Source: Mesotaenium endlicherianum (taxonomy: Eukaryota). From it: a stretch of 64,000 nucleotides of DNA. The DNA lies in assembly GCA_009602735.1 (NCBI GenBank), contig WELA01002374.1, positions 47,763-111,762 on the forward strand. The letters run 5' to 3'. Shown one piece after another: positions 14,496 to 26,261 of the stretch. Position 1 is the stretch's first letter. Each line of letters begins with the position of its first letter. The notes under the pieces are model-generated. The model was not told where the DNA came from, searched no databases, and worked only from the letters and a program-made list of their open reading frames with translations. The translations under genes were made by a program, and so were the position numbers.

Positions 14496-17400
14496 CTAGA
14501 AGGTGAGAATGTTCTCGTCGGCGTAGTTGAGCTCCTTGAGGTTGGGCTTGCAGCAGCGCTCGAGCATGGGCGGCGGCCCGCACATGAAGGCGAACGTCTC
14601 GGGGTCACCAGCTGGCAGGTGCTCGCGCATCATCTCCACTGTCAGGTACCCGATGCTGTAGGGCCACTCGATGCCGGGCTCTGACGTGGCGTTGATGGTG
14701 TACCACGTCTTGAAGTTGCTGTGCTTGGCCGCCCACCAGTCGAGCTCGTCCTTGAGGAGCACGTCCAGCTCCGAGCGGTTGGCTGACATCAGCGACACCT
14801 CGGTGGGGTCGTCGAGGTCCTTCAGGATCGCCTTGGCCACCTGGCGGCACAGAGGGACGCGCGCAATAACGCAAGAGAGTGTGAGAAAGCGTGTCTGTGA
14901 ATGCAAGCCGTGAGGCAGACAAGATGACTTTACCAAAAATAAAACAGCAAGCCAAGGACGTAGGGAGAGGTAGGGAGAGGTGGAGAGGTACATAGAGAGG
15001 GGGGGGGGGGGGGGGGGNNNNNNNNNNNNNNNNNNNNNNNNNNNNNNNNNNNNNNNNNNNNNNNNNNNNNNNNNNNNNNNNNNNNNNNNNNNNNNNNNNN
15101 NNNNNNNNNNNNNNNNNNNNNNNNNNNNNNNNNNNNNNNNNNNNNNNNNNNNNNNNNNNNNNNNNNNNNNNNNNNNNNNNNNNNNNNNNNNNNNNNNNNN
15201 NNNNNNNNNNNNNNNNNNNNNNNNNNNNNNNNNNNNNNNNNNNNNNNNNNNNNNNNNNNNNNNNNNNNNNNNNNNNNNNNNNNNNNNNNNNNNNNNNNNN
15301 NNNNNNNNNNNNNNNNNNNNNNNNNNNNNNNNNNNNNNNNNNNNNNNNNNNNNNNNNNNNNNNNNNNNNNNNNNNNNNNNNNNNNNNNNNNNNNNNNNNN
15401 NNNNNNNNNNNNNNNNNNNNNNGGGGGGGGGAAGGGGATAAGGAGACAGGAAGGGAGAGAGAAAGAGAGACAGAGCCTGAAAGAATGAAGCCAAGCCCAC
15501 CCCCAACCAGACCGGGACCTGGACTGCTCCTGCCACTCTTGCCCTCTCTTTCTCTCACCTGGTACATGGGGGTGATGCCGGTGCCGCCCGCCAGCATGGC
15601 GATGCGCTTGGCGAAGCGCGGCTTCCCGTTGACGGTGAAGTGGCCCTTGCCCAGGTAGTGGATGTGGCCCAGAGGGCCCTTGACGTCAATCGTCTCACCG
15701 ATGGCCATGTTCTCCAGGTGGAACGACATGAGGCCGCCATCTGGGAACTGCGGGACCACGTTGGGGTAGTACACCTTGATGACGAGGTCGAAGTGGCCGA
15801 CGTCGTCGTCGGAGCTCGTGGGCGTGTAGGCGCGCATCACAAACTTGCCCTTGATGTTGGCGCTCAGGAACATGTGCTTGCCACATGGCAGGCCCAGGAT
15901 GTGCTCGGGGCTCTGCAGCGCAAACCGGAAGCGGCGCGTGTCGGGCGACAGCTCGTGCTTCTCGATCAGTGTGAACGGAATCCTCTTCTTCGGGTCCAGC
16001 GCCACCGGCCGCGCCACCACCTTGGCCGCCTCTGCCGCCGCCGCCGCGTTTGCAGCCTCCGCCTCCGCCTCCGCCTCCTTCTCCTCCACCTCCGCCATCT
16101 CCGCCAGGCTGGCGAGCGCCGAGGAGGCCCCACGCAGCGACACGTCGGGCGTCTTGCTGTCGAGATGCTCCAGCGTGGTGAGCTCCCCGATCAGGTAGTC
16201 CTCCAGCATCGCCTTGGCCTTGGACGAGTGGATGGCGTCGAACTCCTCGGTGGCGTCCATCCCCGCGTTGATGAGGATGCTGTCAGCGCCGCCCGGATGG
16301 TCCTCCAGGAACTTGGTGCAGTCGTACACCTTGTTGTGGACGACGATCCACGCCGACGACTCGCTGTCGTGCTTGGCCACCTCCGACATCGGGATGACGC
16401 GCTGCGTCGGCGCGAGCCCCGGCTGCGAAAGCGAGCGGCCGAGCGTGCGGCGGAGCTTCTTCGGGTCCACCACCTCTTCCTCCTCGCCCTTCACCATCCA
16501 GCCGCCCGTTTCGTTGCCCGGGCGCGTGGGGTGCTCAAACGTCACGCCGATGCCGCCCGACTTGGGGCGCGTCGGGTGCACCTTCACGCGGAACCAGCAG
16601 TTGTTCATCATGCCCTGCTCCCACACGCCGCACGCACACACACACGTTAGTGATCGGGAGGTACACTTTACACCCGTTGCACATCATGCCCCCTGCCTGC
16701 ATGTACCGGGTGCAGTCCAAGCAAACAAGCGTCATCATGCTCCCACAGACTACTTTGGCTTTGACCAAAAACAAAGAAAAGCAAGACAGAGACAAAAGAT
16801 AGAGCAACAGGCCTCTACAGGAGCACATAATGCCTCTGCTGGGCACCCGATTCAGCAACAGACCTCCAGCACTCTGACCAAGGCCATGCAGCCAAAGGAG
16901 AAGCACCACCATAATGAGAGAAAGAAAAAACAAATAATGCAAAAACAGACTCGCAGACTGGCGATGCGGGGCACTGTCCCAACCGGAGCACTGTCCCAAC
17001 GGGAGCACAGTTTTAACGGAGCACTATTCGAGCAGGAGCACTGTTCCAGCGGTGGGAGACTCACCATGACGTTCCACGTGAGGTTCTGCGGCTGCGTGTT
17101 CATGCCGGAGTCCCACGCGCGCACCACGATCTCTGAAGCGCGCAGGAACAGCAGCAGGTCCATCTGGAGCGTCCACAGGCACCAGCACCAGTACTTGCCG
17201 TACGCCGTGGGGCGCTCGGGGTATGCCACGTCAGCGTTCATCCACGTCTCGCCGCCGTCGATCGACACCTCCACGCGGATGACCTTGCGGCCGCCACCTG
17301 GCAGCGGGGAGAGAGACGGTCCTTTTTGTGAGAGAAAGGTGAGAGTGAAAGGGGCGAGAGGGAGGGCGACTGGCGGCAAGCGGGAATGAAAACAAAGGGG

Positions 17401-19080
17401 CCGTGAGGGAGGGGCGAGCGGTGAGATAGCTGTGACCTGAGTGGAACCAAACAGGATGTGTGCAGCCCACACATATCATGCCCTGTGTGTCCCTCGTGCC
17501 CTTTGTGCCCTTCTCCCGTGAAAACAGGCGTGTCTAAAAGTTCATAGTGTACGCACACATGCTACTGAACAGAGGCTTCGACTTTGACCGTAAATACTTT
17601 AGGCCTTCAATTTGTGTGTTTTGACTTAGCGTCGGCGCAGACTTAGCAGCAGGGCACGCGTGCGACAGCGCATTCGAAGATATGAACCAACGACCATCAA
17701 CGAGGACAAGCATGGAACGTGCAGGGGACCATATGCACGGCATAGCAAGCACGCCTTCCCAGGAATCAGACGCAGGCGCGCACATGACGGGTGCTGCATT
17801 GCGCACGGGTTGAGTACCGAAGGTAGGTGCCTTTCTTAGGTCGACAGCTGGCGAGCGCACCTGAGTAGGCGTAGCCCTTGATGGTGTACTCGTCGGCCTG
17901 GTGCGCCTTAAAGGACACCACCTCGCCGTGCGCAGGCGTGGTGATGGCAGAGTTGATGTTGAGCTCGTTGATGATATAGTCCGGCTTGTACCACCAGCCT
18001 GCCACCAGGTGTCGTGCGGGGAGACAGACACGCACGCACGCACGTCCGCACACGCGTTAGGTCGAGCGGGTCTTTGAGAACGTATGTCGAAAGCAAAGCC
18101 TGCAACAGTATGCACAGAAGCATGCAACGTGGAGTGCACAACAGAGGAAAGTGATGAGAGAAGCAAGCTATGGACAAGTAGTGGGCTTCACGGAATAGTC
18201 AGAGAGAGAGAGAGAGAGATCGCGCCAGATGGCGGGCTAGCAATGCGTCGCTCCCTCCTACGTGACAGACACTGCACTGTACAGCGAAGCTAGCGCAGCC
18301 CCTCAGTCAAATCCCCCCCCATGTACCTTCCCCTCCTCTCCCCTCCCTTCCCCCAGCTGTGGATGCTCCTGCGCTCACGCAGCCCCACTACCCCCCTCCC
18401 CCACTTCCCCACCTCACCTCCAGCAGGGTGAGGATGCATGAAAGCAGGTAAGACAAAAAGGAGCTGAGATCAGATGTTTTCAGAAAGGGCCACGAGGGGA
18501 GAACGCGTCTGATCATCATGGGCAAACGCATACCGACACCACACCACCATCACAACCTCTGCAGCGACTGTCGCCGAGCATGACTGGAAGTCAACCTCAC
18601 TCTGGTCACCCTCTCTCGCTCTCTCTCTCTCTGCCCTCTCCTACCAGACCATGCACATGTCAACAGCGCGAGCACACACACACGAGATACTTGTCTTCTT
18701 TCAATCAGCACCTGCAGACACTGCCAAGCCAGCCCCGCGGCCTCCACTCCCTGCACCCCCCTGCCTCCCTCCGCCTCTGAGTATCCAAGCCCACAAAAGT
18801 GACCCTCGAAGCAAAAAAGCGAAGTGACAACATCACCAAGAAAAGACATCACATTAAAGCACATCCTCGGGCCCCACCCCCCCCGCCAAGCAAGACCGCA
18901 GACCACTGCCCAAGCGCAGCTGCTGCATGAGCTCGCAAGCGCCTCCCCCTTCCAGGCAGGCCTGGTACAGCCGTAGCACCGTCACAACCAGCGCCAGCAC
19001 CAGCATGGGCACCAACCGCAGCAGCAACCGTAGGTGACACTGAAAGCTAGCACCAGCACCAGCACCCACAGCAGCAGCAG

Positions 19081-19116
<36 letters not shown>

Positions 19117-22100
19117 TGGGCAGCGGGCGCGCAGAGCGCGCGGGGCGCGCAGCGGTGCGGGCGGAGGAGGATGAGGATCTCTCACTCACCCTCGGCCTTG
19201 GCCATCTCGGCGTCCACATGGCTGGGCAGCACGCGGTTGTCGTTGAAGTGGTAGTAGTTGTCACTCTCGCTCTCCGTCACGCTGATCTCCTTGAGCCACT
19301 TCACCATGCGCCCCCCAATGAAGCCCGGGATGAGCAGGCGCACGGGGAACCCGTGGTCGGGCTCCAGCGGCGCGCCGTTCTGCTCGTACGCCAGCAGGAT
19401 GTCCTGCGCCGGGTCCATCGCCAGCTCGCGCCGCAGGGACGTGCCGTAGCGCGAGCCGCCGCCACCTGTCGCACGTCAGAGGAAAGGGTGGGCGGCAGAC
19501 AGGGAAGAAGAGGCGTCAGCGGGTAGCCATGGTGAAGGTTGCGATAAATATGCAGGCCTTGGCTGGTTGCCTTTGGTTGCCTCGGAATGCCAAGGCAGGG
19601 CCAAGAGGGGCGATGCCGAGGGGGGGTTTGGGGGGGGGGGGGCTTGGGAGAGGGGGAGAAGGGAGGGAGAGAGGAGGAGCAAGTGTTTTCCTGCCAGAGA
19701 TTGAAAAAGCAGGTAGAAGAAAGAGGGGGGCGGGGTGCCGGCTGGGACAAAGCACCTGGTAGGTGGGCAGCATGGGGACCAGATGGCAGCAGCAGCAGCA
19801 ACCGCAGGCTTGACATTTAAGAAGACACGGCAGCAAGTAAAAAGCACCCCAAACTGGCATATAAAAGAAAAAAGTGCCCCAGGGGGGGGCGGGGGGGGCG
19901 GGGGGTGTTGGTCTTGGGGGGGTCATAAGATTGAATTGATGTCTCAAGTTTGTGCGCAGCTGAGACAGCTGCCGCAAATGGATCTCATCTGACCGTCGAT
20001 TGAATATAGTCAAGGCAGGCGGCAGCTCAAGAGCATCACAGGGTGCCATTCTCTTGAGTATAGATAGGCTAAGGGGGAAGGTAAACTATTTGTTCCCCCA
20101 CCTCAAGAGGTATCAATCTCATTAGGGGAGGGGAAGGGGAAAGCAGAAACCCCCAAAGCATCTCCACGCTCTTGCGACGAGAAGTGTGAGAAAGAAGGGA
20201 CAGACGAGAAGAAGAAAGCCGGGAGAGTTATTTTACCACAGAGAAACGCCGGATTGTTAATGAGGAACAAACCTCAGCAAAGAAAGGGCCCCGCAATGCG
20301 TCACTCAAGAGAAAGTCAGCGCCTCCACACAACCAGACATCAGCAGCAAGACTCTCTGAAAGGATCACTTCATGCAGGGCAGGATGCAGAGAAAAGTGAG
20401 GGGACGAGGGGAGATAACACTCATTGGTAGTTGTAACATTTGCGCAGCATTGGGTACATATGATATCCCCAAGCCGGCACTAGGCACACAGTGCGTCAGA
20501 TTTCAAGCGACAAAACAGAGCCAGGCATTGTTCACATGTGAACCAGATTTAAGTTCATCCATTCCCGTCCCTCCCCCCCCCTTCCTTCTCTGAAGACTCA
20601 CGTCAAAGACACGCCTGGAGCCGGTCAAGACTGCCCCACCCGCCCCTGCAGCGGATGCTGGGGCAAGTAAGGGGACCTTATTTCCCTAATCAGATAGGCG
20701 GAGAGAAGCTGTGGCGATATGTTCGAGTCAAGACAAGTCAACTCCTGGTCAATGACAGTCAGCTACAGAGACTCCAGTGGCACACAAACTCTTGCCCCCC
20801 CTGAAGCTCTTGGGCCCCTGACAACCCCCCACCCCACCCCACCCCACACACTACTGCGCTGTGACAACCCCTACTCTCTTCTCCCAATTCTTACAGCCCA
20901 TGTTTAAATTTCAAATTAGTCAACTTCGGGAGCCTGTACAGTTTCACAATTGTTTCAAGAACAGCGATAAGTCCGAGGAATGAAAGCACTCTATGTCCCA
21001 CCACCAGGTCATTCAAATGCATGCCAACTGGGGCAGTTACGCGTGCCACACAGCCCTCGCCGACTATTGAAATTTGTGCAAAATTCAGAGACGATTCTGA
21101 AGCTGATCCGGCCCCTTGGAAGACAAGGACTGTTGCACGGTAATTAATACAACAATAGCAGATCAACTTCCTCAAAACACGCTTCTCCCAACACCCTCCC
21201 TAGTCCCTCTCCTCCTCCCCTCCCCTTTCTGATCCGTCCCCCCCCCCCTTCCCCCTCCCCCCCATCACCCAAGAGTGTCCACGCCAAAGACTTCAAAGAT
21301 AAGCCCACAGGAAAAGGGAAGGGGGGGGGGGGGTAGCATCAAGGGAGCATTGTGGGCAGCACAAACGTTGTAAGCGATGATCACGCACTGGGATGGCAGC
21401 GACAGCAAATGAGCCTACCATGTGCACCAGGGGGGGAACACAGAGAGGGGAGGGGTTCAACAAAAGATATAGAGGGAGAGACGACAAAATATATAGGGGC
21501 TACTTCAGTAGGGCATGGTGGCAAGCTTGAAGTGCTGTCGCAGAAAGGAAGAGAGGCCGACGAGTGGGCACCTGGCAGGATCTCGGCACCCTCGAAGCAG
21601 ACGTGCAGGGCCCCCTTGGAGCGTGGGAGGATGCCAGCAAGGCGGAGGACGTCGGAGAGGCGGGCCCCGCGCCAGACGGTTGTGGACACGGCAGCAGCTC
21701 CCCAGTTGAACCCGATGCTCTGCTTCACCATGTTCTCCTCCTTTCGACGGTTTCCAGCGCAGACAAGTGTCACTGGCAGTGTGCGGGAGGGGAGGGCCAG
21801 GATGTCCTTCATTGTGAGGACAAGGGGGCGGCGCACGAGCCCCTTGATCTCAACCGTCCAGGTGTCCCAGTCACACTGGGGGACGGCCCCGTGGTTCCGG
21901 ACGTAGTGTAGGGGGACAGGGGTGATGAACCCGTGCTCCATCAGGCGAGTCAGCGGAGCCTCGCAGTTGAAGGGGTGCTTTCCTGTCAGCCGCACAAGCT
22001 CTGGATGCCTCTTGATCCAACGGTCGGGAGTGTTGGCATCCCTGTCGTCAACACCATAGTTCTTCACTCGATCTTTCGGCACCTTGTATACTACTTCTTC

Positions 22101-22373
22101 CTCCGCCTCCTCCTCGTCGTCTTCGTCGATGGCGAGGTCTGCAAGTGGGGCTGTGGTGGCGGCATCTGAGGCTTCATGTGTCCCATTGCTCAGCTTCCCG
22201 TTTGTCTTCTCTGCGGGCAAACCGTCCGCCAATTCCTTCATGGTAAATGGCTCACTTGTGCCGTTCCCGTTCACACCCGACAAGTCAATCTTATTGAGGA
22301 GGTCCTGTGGTACCACGTCTATGCCAGCTCCACCTACGCTGGCAGTCATTGAAGGCATAATAGTGGGGGGCAT
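14496..22373 (-). CDS. NIA: Assimilatory nitrate reductase (Moco/sulfite-oxidase domain, dimerisation domain, cytochrome b5 heme domain, FAD/NAD(P)H domain), about 949 aa, 6 exons
   Basis: Exons 22373-21572, 19465-19190, 17998-17861, 17297-17065, 16614-15559 and 14840-14496 total 2850 nt, all GT-AG and in phase. Motifs: [30 protein letters not shown] (Mo-ligand Cys), [28 protein letters not shown] (heme), [21 protein letters not shown]. An N-gap lies inside intron 5. Confidence 0.96.
15018..15422. other. Assembly gap (N run) in NR intron 5
   Basis: Run of n flanked by poly-G. Confidence 1.
16968..17052. repeat. About 17-bp tandem repeat x5 (GGAGCACTGTYCCARC) at the 5' end of NR intron 4
   Basis: ggggcactgtcccaacc ggagcactgtcccaacg ggagcacagttttaac ggagcactattcgagca ggagcactgttccagc. 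Confidence 0.8.
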
Positions 22374-23638
22374 GGCTTTCTACCCAAAAATTAATACTTG
22401 CACACTAGATTGCCTCCTCAGCTGCTTGGAGAGATAAGAGGAAGAAGTCGACCCGCGAGGATGGAGATCAAGTACCTCCACCAAGCTGTAAGAAGTATGA
22501 CTCTGAGTATCAGGTAACAGATGGTAAATGTGAGGCAAGATAGTGCTGAAATGAAAAGAAGATCTGTTGCTGCAGAGGCTTTGAAGCACTATGAAAGATA
22601 TTGCACTAAGGTTGCGCTCGTCACGAATGATGGTGAAGTGATTAAGATGACATGCGTCACTGCAACAGGACTACTGATGCTAAGTTTCGCTTTGTAGGGG
22701 ACGGGAGAACTGACTGATTTGAATGATGGAAAAGGTTATATCTGCATGGAGGGCTGACGATCATCCACAGGCGTTGCTGACTTTCCCAGCTGAGCACATG
22801 TTCCTCACAGCCTGCCAAGAGCAACTGGTTTAACCCGAAAAGGGATCTCATTCAGGGGCCAAATTTTGTGCTCGCGAGGGGACACGAGCGCAGCTCAAAA
22901 CGGGTCCAATTCCGAGCTCAGATCCCCATGAGCCTCCCTCATTGGCTCCTATGTGACCGTAGGAGCCAGTCGGGAGTTGCCACTCTGGCCAAACGCAGAG
23001 TTCAGCTGGTTCCACGCTGTCACATCGTTCAGAAAGGGTGCTGTTTAGTGCTGTCTACCAGCTGCGGCCAGCTGTCGTTATTGCTATGCGTGTGGCGGCA
23101 GAGTCTGATTTGGGCGGGAATTTAGATCCACACCTATCCGTAGTACTTCTGAGTACTTCACTTCAATTCACAGCATCAGACTGCCTTCAATTTGTGGCCT
23201 GTTTGTTTGTGGCTGTTTGTGGCGGTCAGTGGCGGTCGAGAAACTGGGAAAGGACAGCAGTGGAGCTACTCGTGGTCGGAGGGGGCAGAGTCTTTACCAA
23301 TCAGTGTTCTGCAAGAGTCACATGGCTATAACCCAATGTTAGTGGACGTGGATGAGGCCGGGGCGAGGCCTTTTAAGACCTTGGCGGGTCGTCGCGGCTT
23401 TTGCAGGATTGCAATGGCCTTGAGAGTCATGATCCGATGCTTCAGCACGCTCTTTCCTTCGTAGTCTCAACGATGGGTAGGAAAGGGAAACGGGGAGTAG
23501 AAGAACTCGCGAGGGTTCTTCTCGGTCCTACGTCTGGCCCGACGGAACGAGCACTATTTCAAACACCAGAAGGGGGGCTCATATAATCAAATCACAGCCT
23601 CGAATTATTCGGCCTGCAAATACAAACTTTTCTCCCAA

Positions 23639-24888
23639 TGTCTTCGACTACTATCCACTCGACGGTGCCGCAAGTGCAGCGCAAGTCACGGCCGCCCAGG
23701 TACGGGAAGTCAGCATTGACTCACCGACCAGAGGACCGAGTTATCTCAGTCAGCGGTCATGTTGAAGTCGTTGTCACTGTCAAAGTGGTCACGACACGTC
23801 ACACCCACACCCAGGACGGGATGCGGATGTGGACCGAGTAGTCAGCCGAGAGGCTAGGGGCATGGAACCAGCAATAAGCCAGCCCAACGAGTGCCAAGAA
23901 AGGTACTGATCAATCGGCTTTCCAAGCCAAGTACAACAGGGATGTTGCAAAGGGCGTTGTGTGCCGCCTCGGCTAGACCCTCAGGTGACTGGTCACGGCC
24001 TGAGCGTTCATCCTAAACGCTGCCAGGCAGCCACATAAGCGTGATTGTCAGCTGGAAGGCTAAGTGGTCACGCGCAACAATCCCAATGCATGCATGCATG
24101 CTGAATGACAACTTCTAAGCTGTGTGAGAGCTGCTGGGTAAGGACGGCATGCAAGCTAAGCGCGGTGACTAAGCACTGGTATTCTCGAGAGAGGATAGTG
24201 TGTGGTGCCTGTGAAAGGCACGAGTCCTGCCTGAAGCTGCCTCATTCTTGCTCGCATTGTTGTCAAAGGAAGCTGAAGAAGCAGAAGGAGCGCGAAGAAG
24301 AAGGAGTTCCCAAGGCCATAGAAGGGCCGAGGCGCCACGCTTCTACCACGCTACTACCGACGTTGGAAGATTTCTTCCTAAGTGTATCATAGAAAGGTTA
24401 GGCCTCAGGATTTCCCAAGAGAGGATCTCGCTGGTGGAAAGTAGAGAGCTGCAAAATAGAATCTGTCAGGAGATTAGCACAGATCGAGGTCAAACGCCGC
24501 AAGCGTGCGAGGGTCACTTAAAATGGTGAGTGTTATGTTAGTCTCCAAGTTCTCAGAAGTCTCCATTGTCAAATTGCTGATAGCAAGAGTAGTATTAACA
24601 AGTAAAGCTCTCAGTGAAGAACTGAGTGAGCACAGCCAAGCAGTGAAGAGTTGTTAAGGGGCGGTGTTGAGCGAAGAGCTCAGAACAGGCCAGCATAGAT
24701 GTGCAGTTCAGAGTTTTGTAAGCTGTGACTCGTGGAAGTTAAGCGAAAGCCTTGCAGGGCGATTTTTTCTGAACTTGACATTGCCTGCTAAGCTGCTTAG
24801 ACGTGATTTCTGGAAACTACAAACTTGTTCATTCTGTAAACCCTCAACTTGGGCGAAGGCCTGTGTGGAAGTAAGACGCTTCTGTCCT
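23639..24888 (+). mobile_element. LTR-like repeat D, copy 1 (putative 5' LTR of a gag-bearing retroelement)
   Basis: Begins TGTC and is roughly 90% similar by eye to the reverse complement of 48540-49786, except for a flipped internal segment. A gag-like ORF follows directly. Confidence 0.7.
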
Positions 24889-25010
24889 ACTTCTGAGAAC
24901 TTGGTTAATTGGTTCAGGTGAGCAAGAATTCCCAAGTCAGTTGGGGATTGAGGCCCGTGAGGGCTGCCGGTGTTCAACCTGGAAGGGGACCGGGAGAAAT
25001 TCAACTGTAT

Positions 25011-26261
25011 ATGCGGTTGAGGAGTGGAAGACTCTACCACTCTGTGGAGCCTGCAGAAGGTTTTGATTCTAGCCAGAGTCCACGAGAAAGTGAGACGTCT
25101 GAGCATATTGACAACCGGTGGAGTGAGCAACCGTCGAGAGACGAGTCTCGTCATAACTCCGCAAGCGGTGAGAACCCAGATAACACACGAGCCTTTGCAC
25201 CTGATTTGGGCAGAAGGCAAGACGTGTGGGGAAGAGTCAGTGAGTCCTGTTCACCATTCGAAATGGCTGGTGATGATCGGGATGAAAATCCTAAATTCAA
25301 GCTGTCTGCAAAGTGTTTTAGCGGACGAACCAGCGAAAATGGTCTCACTTTCGAAGAATTCGATGAGATCCATTGGGCACAATTCTTTGAGAAGATTCGC
25401 AAGGATTCTTCTTATACACAATCTGTCGCATTTATAGGCTTGGTTCAGTACTTGGACAAGGATGCCCTGCTGTTATATCGTCAATTTCGGAAGGATGAGA
25501 ATCTCACCCAGGAATGGGCGTTTGAAGAACAGAAAAGGGCTAGGGATTTGAAAATCCATAAAGAAGCTGCGAAAGCCCGAATGTCCGCTTTATCTTCAGG
25601 AAAAACAGTGACAACTGCACCTGTTGAGGGCATAGACCTAGCTGCACTAACACAAGAATTAACAGAGGCCATGAGGCAACTCACTGAGGGCCAGCGGAAG
25701 GCGGCCACTCAAGATGATGATGCCGATTCTGTCGCAGAATTGCGAAAGGTGTGTGCAGGACTGTCTGAAAAGATTGCTAGAGCTCAAGAACGAGTATCAC
25801 GCAGAGCTACACCTCTCAATGGTCAGCAATGCGATAGCGCCACGACAGAGGCAAGCCATGCGCAAGCCTTGGTTAGCTGTCGTAAGGATATGGAGGCTGG
25901 GGATGACCAGCTAGACTCCACGCATTGCCTGCGTCGTTTCTTGAAGTTGCTTGAAGCACAATTCCAAGAGGATCGCAGTCTTCAGGTGCACCGTTATGTA
26001 CATTTTGTTCGTCAGAAGAACGAGACAGTCATGGAGGTCAAATCCAGATTGGTAGATCTCGCCAAAAAGGCAAAAATATACGAGCCCAGAATAGTGGCTG
26101 ACAAGTTTCTGTTGTGCTTGGGCAAGGAAACAGATCGTGAAGTCAGGCCACCTCTGTCCGCAAAGCACAAGATTGACTGGGACATCGGCGAGGCGGCTGA
26201 CATAGCACGTAATGTCGTAGAAGGTAAAGTGTGGTATAAAGAGGCTTCCAGGACACTTATG
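25011..26261 (+). CDS. gag: Gag-like ORF of element D, truncated by the element-A LTR
   Basis: N-terminus MRLRSGRLY; capsid-like FVRQKNETVMEVKSRLVDLAKK...ADKFLLCL. The stop codon is supplied by the TGA at the start of the inserted LTR (26262). Confidence 0.6.

Noticed and set aside
15640..17389. Plus-strand ORFs of 336 and 391 aa
   Set aside because: Antisense shadows of high-GC3 nitrate reductase exons.
12400..23638. Nitrate-assimilation gene cluster around NR
   Set aside because: No NRT2, NAR2 or nitrite reductase sequence is recognisable in the window.
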